Shown here piece after piece: positions 26,572-42,083 of a stretch of 64,000 bases of DNA; position 1 is the first letter of the stretch, and each line of letters starts with the position of its first letter. The DNA lies in NCBI GenBank assembly GCA_000004695.1, contig CM000154.2, positions 5,056,001 to 5,120,000 of the forward strand, given 5' to 3'. Source of the DNA: Dictyostelium discoideum. Its lineage: Eukaryota. A program made the translations under genes and the position numbers. The notes below the pieces were generated by a model, which was not told the origin of the DNA, ran no database searches, and saw only the letters and a list, made by a program, of their open reading frames with translations.

Positions 26572-27068
26572 CTTTTTTATTTAATTTTGAAAAAAAAAAA
26601 AATAAAAAATAAAAAAAAAAGTTATATCTTCAGTTTCTATTTGATGAACACACAAAAAAAAAAAAAAAAAATGAAAAAAAAAAATAAAAAAAAGAGAAAA
26701 TTTTTTCGGCCAAAAAAAAAAAAAAAAATAAAATAAAAAATGAAAAAAAATAGGTGAAATTAGAATTTTGACTGTAAAAAAAGAGATAATGGAAATACCA
26801 TTATGGTATATATATTTTTTTTTTTATTTGAAAATTAAAATTTATTGTGTGGGCTTCAATTGAAAAAAAAAAAAAAAAAACCTTTAAAATATAACCAATT
26901 TAGAATATTTTTTTTTTTTTTTTTTTTCACTTTTGGTTCCAAATTTCCCTCCTTTTTTCCAAATTTTTTTTTTTTTTATTTTTTTTTTTTTTTGGGAATT
27001 TATTATTTTAATCTCAACATTATTCATATTATATAAATAAAAAAAAAAAAAGAAAAAAAAAAAAAACA

Positions 27069-27296
27069 ATGGATAAAAAAGATCAATTATATAAACAAAT
27101 GTCAATGGATAGTAATAGTGGATTAAATTTTGAACAATTAAAGAAATTAAAAGTGGAAGAGTATATAGAGTTTCAATATAATCGTCAAATTGAACTTTTA
27201 AATAAATATACAGAAAATAAAATCCAAGAAATTGTAAATCACAAAGAAAAATTAAAAAGAGAATTAATTGAACAACAAAGAAATCAAGAAAATTAA
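27069..27296 (+). CDS. hypothetical small coiled-coil protein (75 aa)
   Basis: ATG in AAAACAATGG context, charged heptad-like sequence, no stops. Sits in a divergent intergenic region, so it could be a chance ORF. Confidence 0.3.
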   Translation: MDKKDQLYKQMSMDSNSGLNFEQLKKLKVEEYIEFQYNRQIELLNKYTENKIQEIVNHKEKLKRELIEQQRNQEN

Positions 27297-27358
27297 AAAA
27301 CTTCAAAATAAATAAAAAAAAAGAAATGGAAAACCTTTTTGTAAATGGAAATTATATA

Positions 27359-27392
<34 letters not shown>

Positions 27393-27393
<1 letters not shown>

Positions 27394-28190
27394 TATTCAA
27401 TCTTTTTTTTTGGTAATCTATGCATAAAAGTAATTTGTGGTACATCATTATTTGGTACATTACCAACATTTGGTAATTTTTCTTGACCCAAAATGGTGAA
27501 TCCATGATTTAAATAAAATTGTAAGTTTACATCATTTGTACATTCAATATAACATCTCTTTTGTTCACGATCAAACTTTTCAAATAATTTATTTAATAAT
27601 TTTGATGCTAATCCTTGTTTTCTAAATTTAATATTTGTAGCTAATGTAACCAAATAATAACAATTTAATGCATCAAATTCTTCAAATCTAATTGAAATTA
27701 CATCTAAAAAATAATAAAAAAAATAATAAAAATAAAATAAAATAAATAAATAATTTATTAGTTTTCTTATTATTATTTTTATTTTTTTATTTTTTATTTT
27801 TTATTTTTTTATTTTTTTACCTTCTAATTTTAATAATCTTTCATGAGTTAAAGTTAAACCTTTTTTTAATAATAAATCTCTTTGAGAATCAGTGAATTCA
27901 TCCCATTTATCTTCAGGCCAACCTATTGATGGTGGTAATATAAAAGCTATGCTATTAAATGATGAATCTAGTGCATAGCATTCATTGAAATCTACGATTT
28001 GATCTACGAATGCACGTTCCATATCAAACATAAAACTATGTCTTTCCTCTTCTCCAAGTTCATAAAACATATATTTAAAATATGGATCATTAATGAATGA
28101 ATTACCTGCTATTTCTGATACTATTTCCATATCTTCTCTTTTAATTAAATATAACTCATCTTTTTTATTATCTGTAGTAATACAATCCAT
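27393..28190 (-). CDS. GNAT-family N-acetyltransferase
   Basis: Two exons: 27821..28190 (MDCITTDNKKDELYLIKREDME...THERLLKLE, donor G|GTAAAA) and 27393..27703 (acceptor TTTTTAG). Exon 2 carries the acetyl-CoA-binding motif VTLATNIKFRKQGLASKLL (R/Q-x-x-G-x-A) followed by NHGF. About 226 aa. Confidence 0.7.
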
Positions 28191-28850
28191 TTTTGTTTTT
28201 TTTTTTTTTTTTTTTTGTAAAAGCAACAAATTAATAATAAAAAAAAAAAAAAAACGAATTTTATTTTTTTTGTTTTTTTTTTTATTTTTTTTTTTTAATT
28301 TTCTGGGAAAAAAGATATCAAGAAAAAAAATAAAAAAATAAACATTGTTTGGTTCTTAATTGTTTTGAGAAAAAAGAGTGAAAAAATATGAAAGAAATAA
28401 AAAATAAAAAATAATAATAAGGGACCTGTTAAACAAATTCTTTTATTTTAACAACAAGCAAAAATTAACCAGAACCTGACAATTGTCCTAAAAAAAAAAA
28501 AAAATAAAAATAAAAAATAAAAATTATAAGATTTTATTTAAAAAAAACTAAATTTAGATTTAAAAAAAAAATTTTTTTTAAAATATAAAATATTACTAAT
28601 TAATTTTTAAAAAAAAAAAAAAATTAAAAAAAAAATAAAAAAAAAAGAAAAAAAAAATTAAAAATAAAATTTAAAAAAAAAATTAAAATTAAAAAAAAAT
28701 AGTAGATCTACATTTTGGTATTAAAATATGTAGGTCTATAGTTGGTTAATAAAAAAAAAAAAAATAAAAAAAAAAAAAATAAAAAATTAAAGAGGATATT
28801 TTTCTTGTTTAAAAAAAAAAAATAATAATAGATAAATAATATATTATAAA

Positions 28851-29263
28851 ATGGAATTATTATCATTACAAGTAAATAGTGAACCTATTAAATATAAAGA
28901 ATATTGTCATTCTCATTTTAATGGATTTAGTACAGAATTCCCAATTTACCTTAGTAGTGTAATTGATCCTTGCGAATATTATGAAATTATTAAAAGTATA
29001 AACAATAACTCCATTAGAAAATTGGATACACCAGTTTTAAATAGTATGTTAACAACAGGAAGTGTATTTTCATATCTATTCATCGGTTTACCAGTGTTAA
29101 CAGGTGCTTTAATAGGTAATAAAGTAATTTATAATAAATATAACAAAAAGGTAAATAAAAAAAAATAATAAAAATAATTATTTAAAAAAAAAAAAAAGTG
29201 GAATTAGCAATTAATATTAAACTAACAAAAAAAATATCTTTTTATAAAAAATAATAATAATAT

Positions 29264-29300
<37 letters not shown>

Positions 29301-29694
29301 AAAAAAAGATTTAGTTAAAACTTTAAATGAAATTAATAATAATCCAAAAATTATGGAAAAGAATATTCAATTTACATTAATTGAAAATAAAAAAACAAAA
29401 AGAAGTATTGAATATAATATTCAATTAAATTGCTATGTTACAGATTCTCAAAAGAAATTAATACAACAACAAAAAAATATAATTGCACAACAACAAATTG
29501 AACAACAAATTCAACAACAAACTAGACAACAGCAACAACAACAACAAAATGATAGAAGAAATAGTATTAGAAATTTGACTAGAAATGCTACAAACCCAAG
29601 TGGAATGAACCAATCACCATTAGGAAGAGTTAATAAAAGACTAATTGATGGTATTCCTATTGATTCTGGTTCTCCATTTAACCATAAAAAATAA
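28851..29694 (+). CDS. hypothetical membrane-associated protein
   Basis: Two exons, 28851..29150 (donor AAG|GTAAAT) and 29299..29694 (acceptor A-run then AG), both phase 0, about 231 aa. One hydrophobic helix (SVFSYLFIGLPVLTGALIG) and a Gln-rich C-terminus. No family recognised. Confidence 0.5.
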
Positions 29695-29744
29695 ATATAT
29701 AAATAAAAATAAAAATAAAAATAAATCAAAATTAAAATTAAGAA

Positions 29745-29858
29745 TTTTTTTTTATAAATTTAATGCTTTATTTTTGGTTTGTGAATCTGCATTTGTTTCG
29801 TCTTTATAAATATTAAAATACAAAATGTAACAGGTTTTGAGCGTGCCAAATCAATAAA

Positions 29859-29926
<68 letters not shown>

Positions 29927-29969
29927 GTAAATAGTTTTAAAAATAAAGCATTAAATTTATAAAAAAAAA
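29745..29969. repeat. 29-bp inverted repeat (arms 29745-29775 and 29939-29969) flanking an (ATA)n microsatellite and a GC-normal spacer
   Basis: Left arm tttttttataaatttaatgctttattttt. Right arm aaaaataaagcattaaatttataaaaaaa, which is its exact reverse complement. Confidence 0.85.
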
Positions 29970-30071
29970 CTAACTAAAGTGTGTTTCATTTGAATTATCA
30001 GATTTATTATAATCCCAACGAGTATATAAAAAAATAAAATTAAAAATTTAATAAAATTTTATTTATTGTTT

Positions 30072-31429
<1,358 letters not shown>

Positions 31430-31686
31430 TTTTTTCTTTTTTATAAAAACTATGTAATGAAAAAAAAAAAAAAAAAAACTTTTTTTTTATACAAAAATAA
31501 AAAAAAAATAAAAAAAAAAAATAAAATAAAAAAATAAATAAAAAAAATGATTTGAGAAAAAAAAAAAAAAAAATCTAAAAAGTTCCACTGAAATTTTTTT
31601 TAGATATTTTACATTCCACACAATCAATTGCGAAATTTATTTTTATTATTTTCTTTTTTTTTTTGAAATATCCATTTCAAATAACC

Positions 31687-31721
<35 letters not shown>

Positions 31722-31723
31722 TC

Positions 31724-32123
31724 TTAAGTGATGATTATATTTGGTTCTTTATTATCTTTATTTTCATCATTATTAATAATTTCCAATTGTTTAATAATTT
31801 CTTTTGAAATGTCTTTGTAATTTTTAGCTTGTGGTGAATCTGGTTGAGTTACTGTTATAGGTTTACCACTGTCAGAAGTTTCTCTAATTTGTAAATGTAT
31901 TGGAACATCACCTAGAAAATTTATACCCATTTTTTTTGCTGTATTTTTTGCACCTTCATTACCAAAAATATGTGTTGATTCATTACAATGAGGACAATTA
32001 AAGTAACTCATATTTTCAACTAATCCTAGAATCTTTTTTTTTTTTTTTAAAAAAAAAATAAATAAATAATTAATTTTACCAATCATTGATAAATTTATAT
32101 ATATGAATATATATATATATGTA

Positions 32124-32176
<53 letters not shown>

Positions 32177-32863
32177 ATAAATAATTAAAAAAAAACTTAC
32201 AGGTACTTCAACTTTTTTAAACATATTAACACCTCTAACAACATCAGCTAAAGCTACATCTTGAGGTGTTGAAACTATAACAGCACCAGTTAAAGGTACT
32301 CTTTGACACATTGTTAAGATAGCATCACCAGTACCAGGTGGTAAATCACAAACCAATACATCCAAATGACCCCAATCAGTTTGACGTAATAATTTTTCTA
32401 AAGCACTACCAACCATTGGTCCTCTCCAAATGATTGGATCATCTTCATTCACTAAAAATCCCATTGACATACATTTTATACCATAGTTTTGAAGTGGTAT
32501 CATTTGATTAAGTTCATTAGTGAATGGTTTTTCATGATTTTTTAAATCCATCATTAATGGTATCGATGGTCCAAATACATCTACATCTAATAATCCAACA
32601 GATAAATTATGAGATGATAATCCTAACGCTATATTAACTGCACATGTTGATTTTCCTACCCCTCCCTTTGCTGATGATACCGCTATAATATTCTTAATTC
32701 CTTCAATTGCTACTTTGGTTACTTGTGGTTGTCTATGACCACTACCACCATGTAATTGAATTTTATTGTTTGAAAAATAATTTCTTTTTCCACTTTCAAG
32801 TTGGAAAGTTATAAATTGCTTATTTGGGGAAAAGAATGGTGTGGTAATCAATTTTTTGAACAT
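31724..32863 (-). CDS. Mrp/NBP35-family P-loop ATPase, NUBPL/Ind1-like Fe-S cluster assembly factor (probably mitochondrial)
   Basis: Two exons: 32201..32863 (donor CCT|GTAAGT) and 31724..32032. Walker A motif [10 protein letters not shown]. The conserved [13 protein letters not shown] and the CPHC pair are rebuilt across the splice. The basic, hydroxylated N-terminus ([17 protein letters not shown]) resembles a mitochondrial presequence. Confidence 0.8.
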
Positions 32864-33288
32864 TTTTTAGTTTACAAAAAAAAAAAAAAAAAAAAAAATT
32901 TAAAATAATGGTCCAAAAAAAACAGAACTGTTTTTATTTTCATATTTTTTTTTTTTTTCTCACTTTTTAAAAATTTTTTAATTTTTAATGGGCATTAAAT
33001 AAAATAATTTTTTTTAAAAAAAAAAAAAAAATTCCCACCAAATGGAAATAATAATTAATCCATATTCAGTAAACATCATTTAGCATTAATAATACACCGT
33101 GTGGTATTTGTAAAAAAAAACAAAAAAGTGTGAAATTTTATTTTAATACCTATTTTTTAATTATTTAATTTTTTTTTTTTTTTTATTTATTTTATTTTAT
33201 TTATTTATTATTTTCTTCTATTTATTTTTATATTTTGATGTTAAAATTTTATAATTATTATTAACATTTATTATTTAAAACAATAAAC

Positions 33289-33319
<31 letters not shown>

Positions 33320-33339
33320 ATAATAATAAATAAAAAATA

Positions 33340-34233
33340 ATGAAATTATTATTTTGTTTAATATTATTTCAATTAATAGTTTTAATAAAAAGTGAAAGAG
33401 AATATTTTACATTTCGAGAGGATGTACGTAGATGTGAAAGACCAAGATGTGGAGGATATTTTTTAAAAAAATTAAACTCTCGAGCAGATCATGAAATTTA
33501 TGTAAGTAGTTTTATAATGGTAAATGCAAATTTAAATCCAATGGAAATTGAAGACCATGATCAAAATATTATCAGTGGGTATGTAATGCCATCTGATGAA
33601 GATGATGGTTATAATACATTCTTTTTAAAGGGAATACACGAAAGAATGGTAATTCCAGATGTGATTAATAGTTATAAAAAAGTTTTGTCAAATAAAAAAT
33701 TTAAAAATTCAGATTCATTTTATTTCCTTTCCAGCTCTCAAATTGAATGTATTCAATCTGATGGTTGTCCAATTTATAAATCAATAAAGATCAATTTTAA
33801 TGAATCAACAAATTTTGAATCATACACAGAGCCATACACATCAAATGTTCCTTTATTGGATTTAAATTGGTTCAATTCAAGATTAATTAAAAAGGATATT
33901 CATAGTCCTTATATTGGTTCAATTGTTTCTGGTACAATTAATGATAACCAATTATCAATCACTGAAATTTTCATAAACACTGAAGATCCAGTTTTCCCTT
34001 GTAAAAGAAATACTTTTACTTGCACTACTCCTCAGGTTCCAACATTTTCTCGTTCAGTTGATCGTTGTCCAATATTTGAAAAATGTGTTACAAGATCTGT
34101 TTGTCATCTTGGAATTCCAACTTGCCCAAAAGGTTATAAATCTTATTCTTACCCTTCTTTACCAAAAGGTTGCTTAAAATATTATTGTGACCCTGAAGCT
34201 TTACCAAATCCTCATAAAGTTTCTGGACCATAA
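33340..34233 (+). CDS. secreted cysteine-rich protein, paralog A (no recognised domain)
   Basis: 297-aa single ORF with signal peptide MKLLFCLILFQLIVLIKS. It is colinear with paralog B over the conserved blocks (EYFTFREDVRRC..CGGYFLKKLNS; FFLKGIHERMV; TEPYTS.VPLLD..WF.SRLIK; CPIFEKCVTRSVCHLGIPTCPKGYKSYS; GCLKYYCDPEALPNP), with 8 or more conserved Cys. Confidence 0.6.
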   Translation: MKLLFCLILFQLIVLIKSEREYFTFREDVRRCERPRCGGYFLKKLNSRADHEIYVSSFIMVNANLNPMEIEDHDQNIISGYVMPSDEDDGYNTFFLKGIHERMVIPDVINSYKKVLSNKKFKNSDSFYFLSSSQIECIQSDGCPIYKSIKINFNESTNFESYTEPYTSNVPLLDLNWFNSRLIKKDIHSPYIGSIVSGTINDNQLSITEIFINTEDPVFPCKRNTFTCTTPQVPTFSRSVDRCPIFEKCVTRSVCHLGIPTCPKGYKSYSYPSLPKGCLKYYCDPEALPNPHKVSGP

Positions 34234-34339
34234 AAATAAATAAAAATAATAATAAAATCTACTAATTTATTTTTATATAAATCTTTTTCTTATTTTGTTT
34301 ATTTTATTTCTTATTTTTTTATTATTAAAAAAAGAATTT

Positions 34340-34378
<39 letters not shown>

Positions 34379-34687
34379 AAATCCTAATTTGGGTTTACTT
34401 ATTTTTTATATCATATTTATTTTAAAGTTTATTATTTTAAAATAAAATTAACTTTGGAAAAAAAAGAAAAAAAAAATTACATAAATATAAAAATAATAAA
34501 AAAAGATATAAAAAAATTAAATAACTCCAAAATAAGATATTGATTTTTTGGGGTTTTTTTATTACATTCAGCACATGTGTTGGTATGTTTTTTTTTTGTT
34601 TTTTTTTTGGGGGTAATAATAATTTTCTGAATGTTCTAACAAAAAATTATTATTTCAATTTTTAATTTTATTAATGTTGTTATTATT

Positions 34688-34730
<43 letters not shown>

Positions 34731-34920
34731 TTTTTTTGGGGGTAATAATTTTCTGAATATACCAAAATAAATTATTTTTTTAATTTTTAATTTTTTTAAT
34801 TTTTTAATTTTTATTTATTATTATTATTATTTTTTTTTTTTTTTTAATAAAAAAAAAGTATAAATAGATTTTTTTTTTTTTATATTGATCAAAATAATAT
34901 TAATAAAAAAAAATAAAAAA

Positions 34921-35802
34921 ATGAGAATATTAATTTTTTTAATAATATTAATTCTAATAATAAATATTACTAATGGTAGTGATGAAGAATATTTCACAGT
35001 TCGTAAAGATTTACGTAAATGCGCAACTTGTGGTGGGTATTTCTTTAAAAGAATAAATTCAGATGAAAAAGAAATGCATGTCACAGGACTTTCATTAATT
35101 AATGCTAATTTGAAACCAAATAAGATGGAAGATGAAAAGAATGTAATTATTAGTGGTGATATTACTTTAACTGATAAAGATCAAGGATTTTATAGTTTCT
35201 TCTTAAAAGGAATTCATCATAGAATGGTATTACCACCAAGTGATGATAATAAATCAAATTCAAAAAATCTTAAAAATTCCACATCAGAATCATATGGTTT
35301 CATTTCAAATTCTGGTACTACTTGTATTCAAGCAAAGGGTTGTCCAATTTATAAGTTTTCAAAAATCAATACCAATGAAACTACTAATTTTGCAACCTAT
35401 ACTGAACCTTATACATCCTGTGTTCCATTATTGGATAAAGATTGGTTCTCCTCGAGATTAATTAAAACTGATACTTCTTTTTATGTTGGTTCCATTGTCT
35501 TGGGATCAATTTCAAAGGGTGAATTAACAATTTCAAGTATTTTTGTTAATACAGAAGATCCAGCCTTACCATGCCCAGAAAATCCAAGTTGTCCTGGTGG
35601 TAAAATTCAAACTTTTACTCGTTCCGTTAATCGTTGTCCAATCTTTAACAAATGCGTAAATAGAGGTGTCTGTCATCTTGGAATTCCTCATTGTCCAGTT
35701 GGTTATACTTCTTATTCTTTACAATCTGCTCCAAATGGTTGTTTAAAGTATTATTGTGATCCTGATTCTTTACCAAATCCATCAACTGTTTTAGGTCCTT
35801 AA
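34921..35802 (+). CDS. secreted cysteine-rich protein, paralog B (tandem duplicate of 33340..34233)
   Basis: Start taken at AAAAATGAGA (34921), giving signal peptide MRILIFLIILILIINITNG. The ORF-track start at 34885 lies in poly-A. Shares EYFTVRKDLRKCATCGGYFFKRINS, FFLKGIHHRMV, CPIFNKCVNRGVCHLGIPHCPVGYTSYS and GCLKYYCDPDSLPNP with paralog A. Confidence 0.6.
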   Translation: MRILIFLIILILIINITNGSDEEYFTVRKDLRKCATCGGYFFKRINSDEKEMHVTGLSLINANLKPNKMEDEKNVIISGDITLTDKDQGFYSFFLKGIHHRMVLPPSDDNKSNSKNLKNSTSESYGFISNSGTTCIQAKGCPIYKFSKINTNETTNFATYTEPYTSCVPLLDKDWFSSRLIKTDTSFYVGSIVLGSISKGELTISSIFVNTEDPALPCPENPSCPGGKIQTFTRSVNRCPIFNKCVNRGVCHLGIPHCPVGYTSYSLQSAPNGCLKYYCDPDSLPNPSTVLGP

Positions 35803-36184
35803 AATAAAAATAAAAATGAAAATATGACTTTTTATTTTTTAAAATCAAAATAACAAAAACATATTTTCATTTTTATTGTTTTTTTTTTTTTTTAAAATCA
35901 AATCAGTGGATAGAATAAAAAAATTTAAATAAAATAGTTATTACCTTTTTTTTTTTAAAACAAAAAAAATAAATGAATTAAATCTGGATTATTTTATTTG
36001 TTTTTTTTATAATTTTTTCAAATATTTAAATTTGATTGGTTGTGGTAATTTTTACCCTCCTTTTAGTGAAATTGGTATATTTTTATTAAAATTAAATAAC
36101 AAAAACAATTACAAAAAATGAATGGTAAATAATTAAATTCTTTAAAAAAAAAAAAAAAACAGAATTGTATAAACCTAAAATTAA

Positions 36185-36221
<37 letters not shown>

Positions 36222-36324
36222 AAAAAAATCAAAACGAACGAAATTTTTTTTTATTTTTTTTTTTTTATTTTTAATTTTAAACCGAATCTTGATTGAAAGG
36301 ATATTAATATTAAACCATTAAATA

Positions 36325-36659
36325 ATGTCATCACCACCAAATAAATCAGTGGAAATTATGGAGGATTCAGTTATCCAAAATATTTTTGGAGAAAGTAGTG
36401 AAGAAGAATTAGAATTTTCATATCATACATATAAACGTATTGAAAATACAAGAGAAAATAAAGATGTCAAAGAAATTGTAGTTCGTCTATCTCAAAGACA
36501 TAGTTTATGGGCACATTTACCATGGAATGCTGGTATTGCCTTATCTGATTATTTTGATGAACATGTTGACTTTAAAAATAAAAAGTAAATAATAAAAAAA
36601 AAATTAAAAAATAAAAATAACTCTAATTTTATTTATTCCAAAAATAAATAATAATAATA

Positions 36660-36734
<75 letters not shown>

Positions 36735-37394
36735 TATTATTATTTAATAAAGTGTACTTGAACTTGGATCAGGAGCAGGTTTACCATCATTTATAGCAGG
36801 ATTGAATGGAGCAAAAAAAGTAGTTTTAACAGATTACCCAGACACAAATTTAATTGAAAATTTAAATTATAATATTACAAATTCATTACCAGAGTCAGTT
36901 ACAAAAGATCGTATATATGGTAAAGGACATCTTTGGGGTAAAGAACCTGAATCTTTATTCCAATATTTAGAGAATCCATCAACTGAAAAATTTGATATCA
37001 TCATTCTTTCAGATCTTATTTTCAACCACGCAGCTCATGATAAAATGTTAATATCTTGTTCAAAATGTTTATCAGATGATGGCGTTGTAAGTTTTTTACT
37101 TTTATTTATTTATTTATTTATTTTTTAATTTTTTATTATTTATTTAATTGAAAAAAACTACTTTTTATATATTAATATATTCATTATTATTTTTAGATTT
37201 ATGTAACATTTTCACACCATAGACCAAATAGAATTGCAAAAGATTTAGCTTTCTTTGAAATTGCCACTGAAGAACCATACAATTTTACACCTGAAAAGTT
37301 TAATGAACGTAGAATGTGTGCAATGTTTGAAAATGATTTGGGTCCTGAAGAAATTCGTTCAACTGTTTGTTTTTATACTTTAAAAAGAAAATAA
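36325..37394 (+). CDS. class I SAM-dependent protein methyltransferase, EFM7/NNT1-like (family 16)
   Basis: Three exons: 36325..36584 (donor AA|GTAAAT), 36753..37086 (acceptor AAAG, donor GTT|GTAAGT) and 37197..37394 (acceptor TTTTAG). Motif I (VLELGSGAGLPS) is rebuilt across intron 1. The product is 263 aa; yeast Efm7/Nnt1 is 261 aa. Confidence 0.7.
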
Positions 37395-37875
37395 TTTTAA
37401 AAATAGAAAAAAAAATAAAAAAATAAAACAAATGTTATAAAAAAAGTAAAAAAAAAAAAAAAAATATAAATAGATTATTAAAAAAATATTGCTTCAATTT
37501 TGATTAATAAAATAAAATATAAATAAAAAAAAAAAATAATAATAAAAAAAAAAATAAAAAAAAAATAATAATATTAAAAATAATATATTTAAAATTTTAG
37601 CTAATAATAATAATAATACTGATAGAATCCAATGGCGTTCATTTTATAACGTCATTGGATATTTTTTTTTTTAATTTAGTTTTTTTTTTAAAGTAAAAAA
37701 TATCTTCCAATCATCAAATACATATATTTAATTTTTAATTTATTTTTTTTTTTTTATTTTTTTTTTTAAAAATTTATTATAAATTATTAATTTATTTTTT
37801 AATATTTTGTGGTAAAAGAAATGTTTTTGAAGGGTTTTTAATTAATATCATTGTCCTAAAAGAATTGTGGTTAAA

Positions 37876-37915
<40 letters not shown>

Positions 37916-38012
37916 ATAGATAAATTTTTTCCCTAATTTAAAAAAAGTATTTAAAAAAAAAAAAAAAAAAAAAGGTTATTTTTTTAAAAAAAAAAAAAAA
38001 AAAAAAAAGGAA

Positions 38013-40016
<2,004 letters not shown>

Positions 40017-40340
40017 ATAATAAATAAATAATAATAATAAATTTAAAATAATAATGATTAAAAAAAAAAAAGAAAAAAAAAAACTAATTTAAAAAAAAAA
40101 AAATAAATAAAAAAGTTAAAAGAAATTTTATATGTTTAAAAAAAGTTTGTAAGTTTTTTTTTTTTATTATGTTTATGGTTTTTTTTTTTTTTTATTATGT
40201 TAAGAGTTTTTTTTTTCTTTTCTCTATTATTAAAAATTATATATTAAAATTAAAATCGATTATTATTAATATTATTATTTATTATTTATTTATTTTATTT
40301 ATTTTATTTTATTTATTTATTATTACTATTATTAATATTT

Positions 40341-41214
40341 TTATAAATCATCTCTACAAGTTGGACCAACTGGTGGTTCTAATAAGGTAGTTTTACCTTG
40401 TGGACCTTCAGCTGCTTTTCTATGAGTTTGTGGACCAATTTTAGTTGGTTTATTATTTTTAATTTGATCCAATAAGTTGATAGTTGAGGCAGAAGTGAGA
40501 TCTTCATAGAAATCATCATTGATACACATCATTGGAGCATTGACACATGCACCTAAACATTCTACTTCAACGAGTGTGAATTTATTATCTGGTGTAGTTT
40601 CACCGACTTGAATACCTAAATGAGATTTGCAAGTTTTAATGATTTCACCTGAACCTCTTAACATACATGGAGTGGTAGTACAAACTTGAACAAAGTTTTC
40701 ACCAATCTTTGTTCTATTAAACATTGTGTAAAATGATGCAACCTCGTAGGCTGTCATTGGTGCAATGCCACAAATATGTGCAACTTTATCCATTGCTCTT
40801 AATGATATCCATCCACCATTTTGTCTTTGTGCCAAATCTAATAATGGAATTAAAGCTGATTGTCTATATTGTTTTGGGTACTTTGCTAAAATCTTTTCAA
40901 CTTTAACTAAATTCTCTTGTGTAAAATCAAATGGTGTATGTTCATTATTATCTTCTGTTTCAACATGCTTAATAAATTAGAAAAAAAATTTGAAAAAAAA
41001 TAAAATAAATAAAATAATAATAAAAGTTAAATTAAATAAATATTTTAGATTTATGTGAATCAATTGATTTTTTTAATATTAATTCTTTATCACTTACTCT
41101 ACTTAAAGCATCTGATCTTGTTAATGTGGATTGTTTAAAATAATTTCTGTTGAAACCATTTGATTTATTCAATTGATTTAAAAAGGTTGTTCTTTTGAGT
41201 AATGATCTAAACAT
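40341..41214 (-). CDS. ndufv2: NADH dehydrogenase (ubiquinone) flavoprotein 2, 24-kDa subunit of complex I, mitochondrial
   Basis: Two exons: 41098..41214 (presequence MFRSLLKRTTFLNQ...DALSR, donor AGA|GTAAGT) and 40341..40967 (acceptor TTATTAAG, phase 0). The mature part reads HVETEDNNEHTPFDFTQENLVKVE...CGIAPMTAYEVASFYTMFNR...VQVCTTTPCMLRGS...ECLGACVNAPM, which carries the 2Fe-2S Cys ligands and closely matches human NDUFV2. Product 248 aa. Confidence 0.85.
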
Positions 41215-41562
41215 TTTTATAATATTGTTCTAACAAAAAACACACACAAAAATGTTGAAAATATTGAAAAATAAATAAATTTTTTTTTTTTTTTTTTTTT
41301 AAAAAATTTTTATTTTTTATTTTTTTTTTTTATTACGAATTTCATTGAGCTTTTTTTTTTTTTTTTCATTCAAAAAAAAAAAAATGATGTTTTTTAATTT
41401 TTTCATTTTTTCATTTTAAATTTTTTTTTTTTTTTTTTTTTTTTTTTCTCACGCTCTTCGTTTTTTTTTTTTTTTTATTTTTTATTTTTTTTTATTTTTT
41501 TTTTTTTTAATATTTTTTGATTATTCATATTCATATATATAGAATTTCAATAGGATACGAAT

Positions 41563-42051
41563 ATGAGTAGTGGAATATCATTTGCAAGAAATCTACATAT
41601 TAGAATTAAAAATGGTGTTACATCAGCACCATTTGGTTATGCATCAGTATTGAAATTTGGTATACCAGTGATACCACCAAGAACTCCAGGTAAAATTGAA
41701 GTTATTGAATCACCAATTTTAAAATATGCACAAGAATTTGCTGATAGTCATCGTGAAATTGGCTATTTAACAGATAATCGTTTATCACAAGATGCATACA
41801 ATTATGCAAGTTTAAAACTTTCATACATGAAAAAAGGTTTAAGTGAATCACAAGCTAATACACAAGCAAAAAAAGATGTTATAAAAAATTTAGAAGTTCG
41901 TTCATTAGAGTTGGATCTCATTCAAAATCAAGCTCTTAAAATTGGTATTCCATCTTTTCAACCAAAATCTCATTTAGAACAAATTAATACTTTAACAAAA
42001 AAAGTTGAAGATCGTAGAGCAGAATATGAAATTATTGAAGCAAGGTAAAAA

Positions 42052-42083
<32 letters not shown>

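Noticed and set aside
34827-35084. 85-aa minus-strand ORF overlapping the start of Cys-rich paralog B
   Set aside because: Poly-Lys/Ile reading of the A/T-rich promoter and signal-peptide region on the opposite strand. Paralog B on the plus strand is supported by homology to paralog A.
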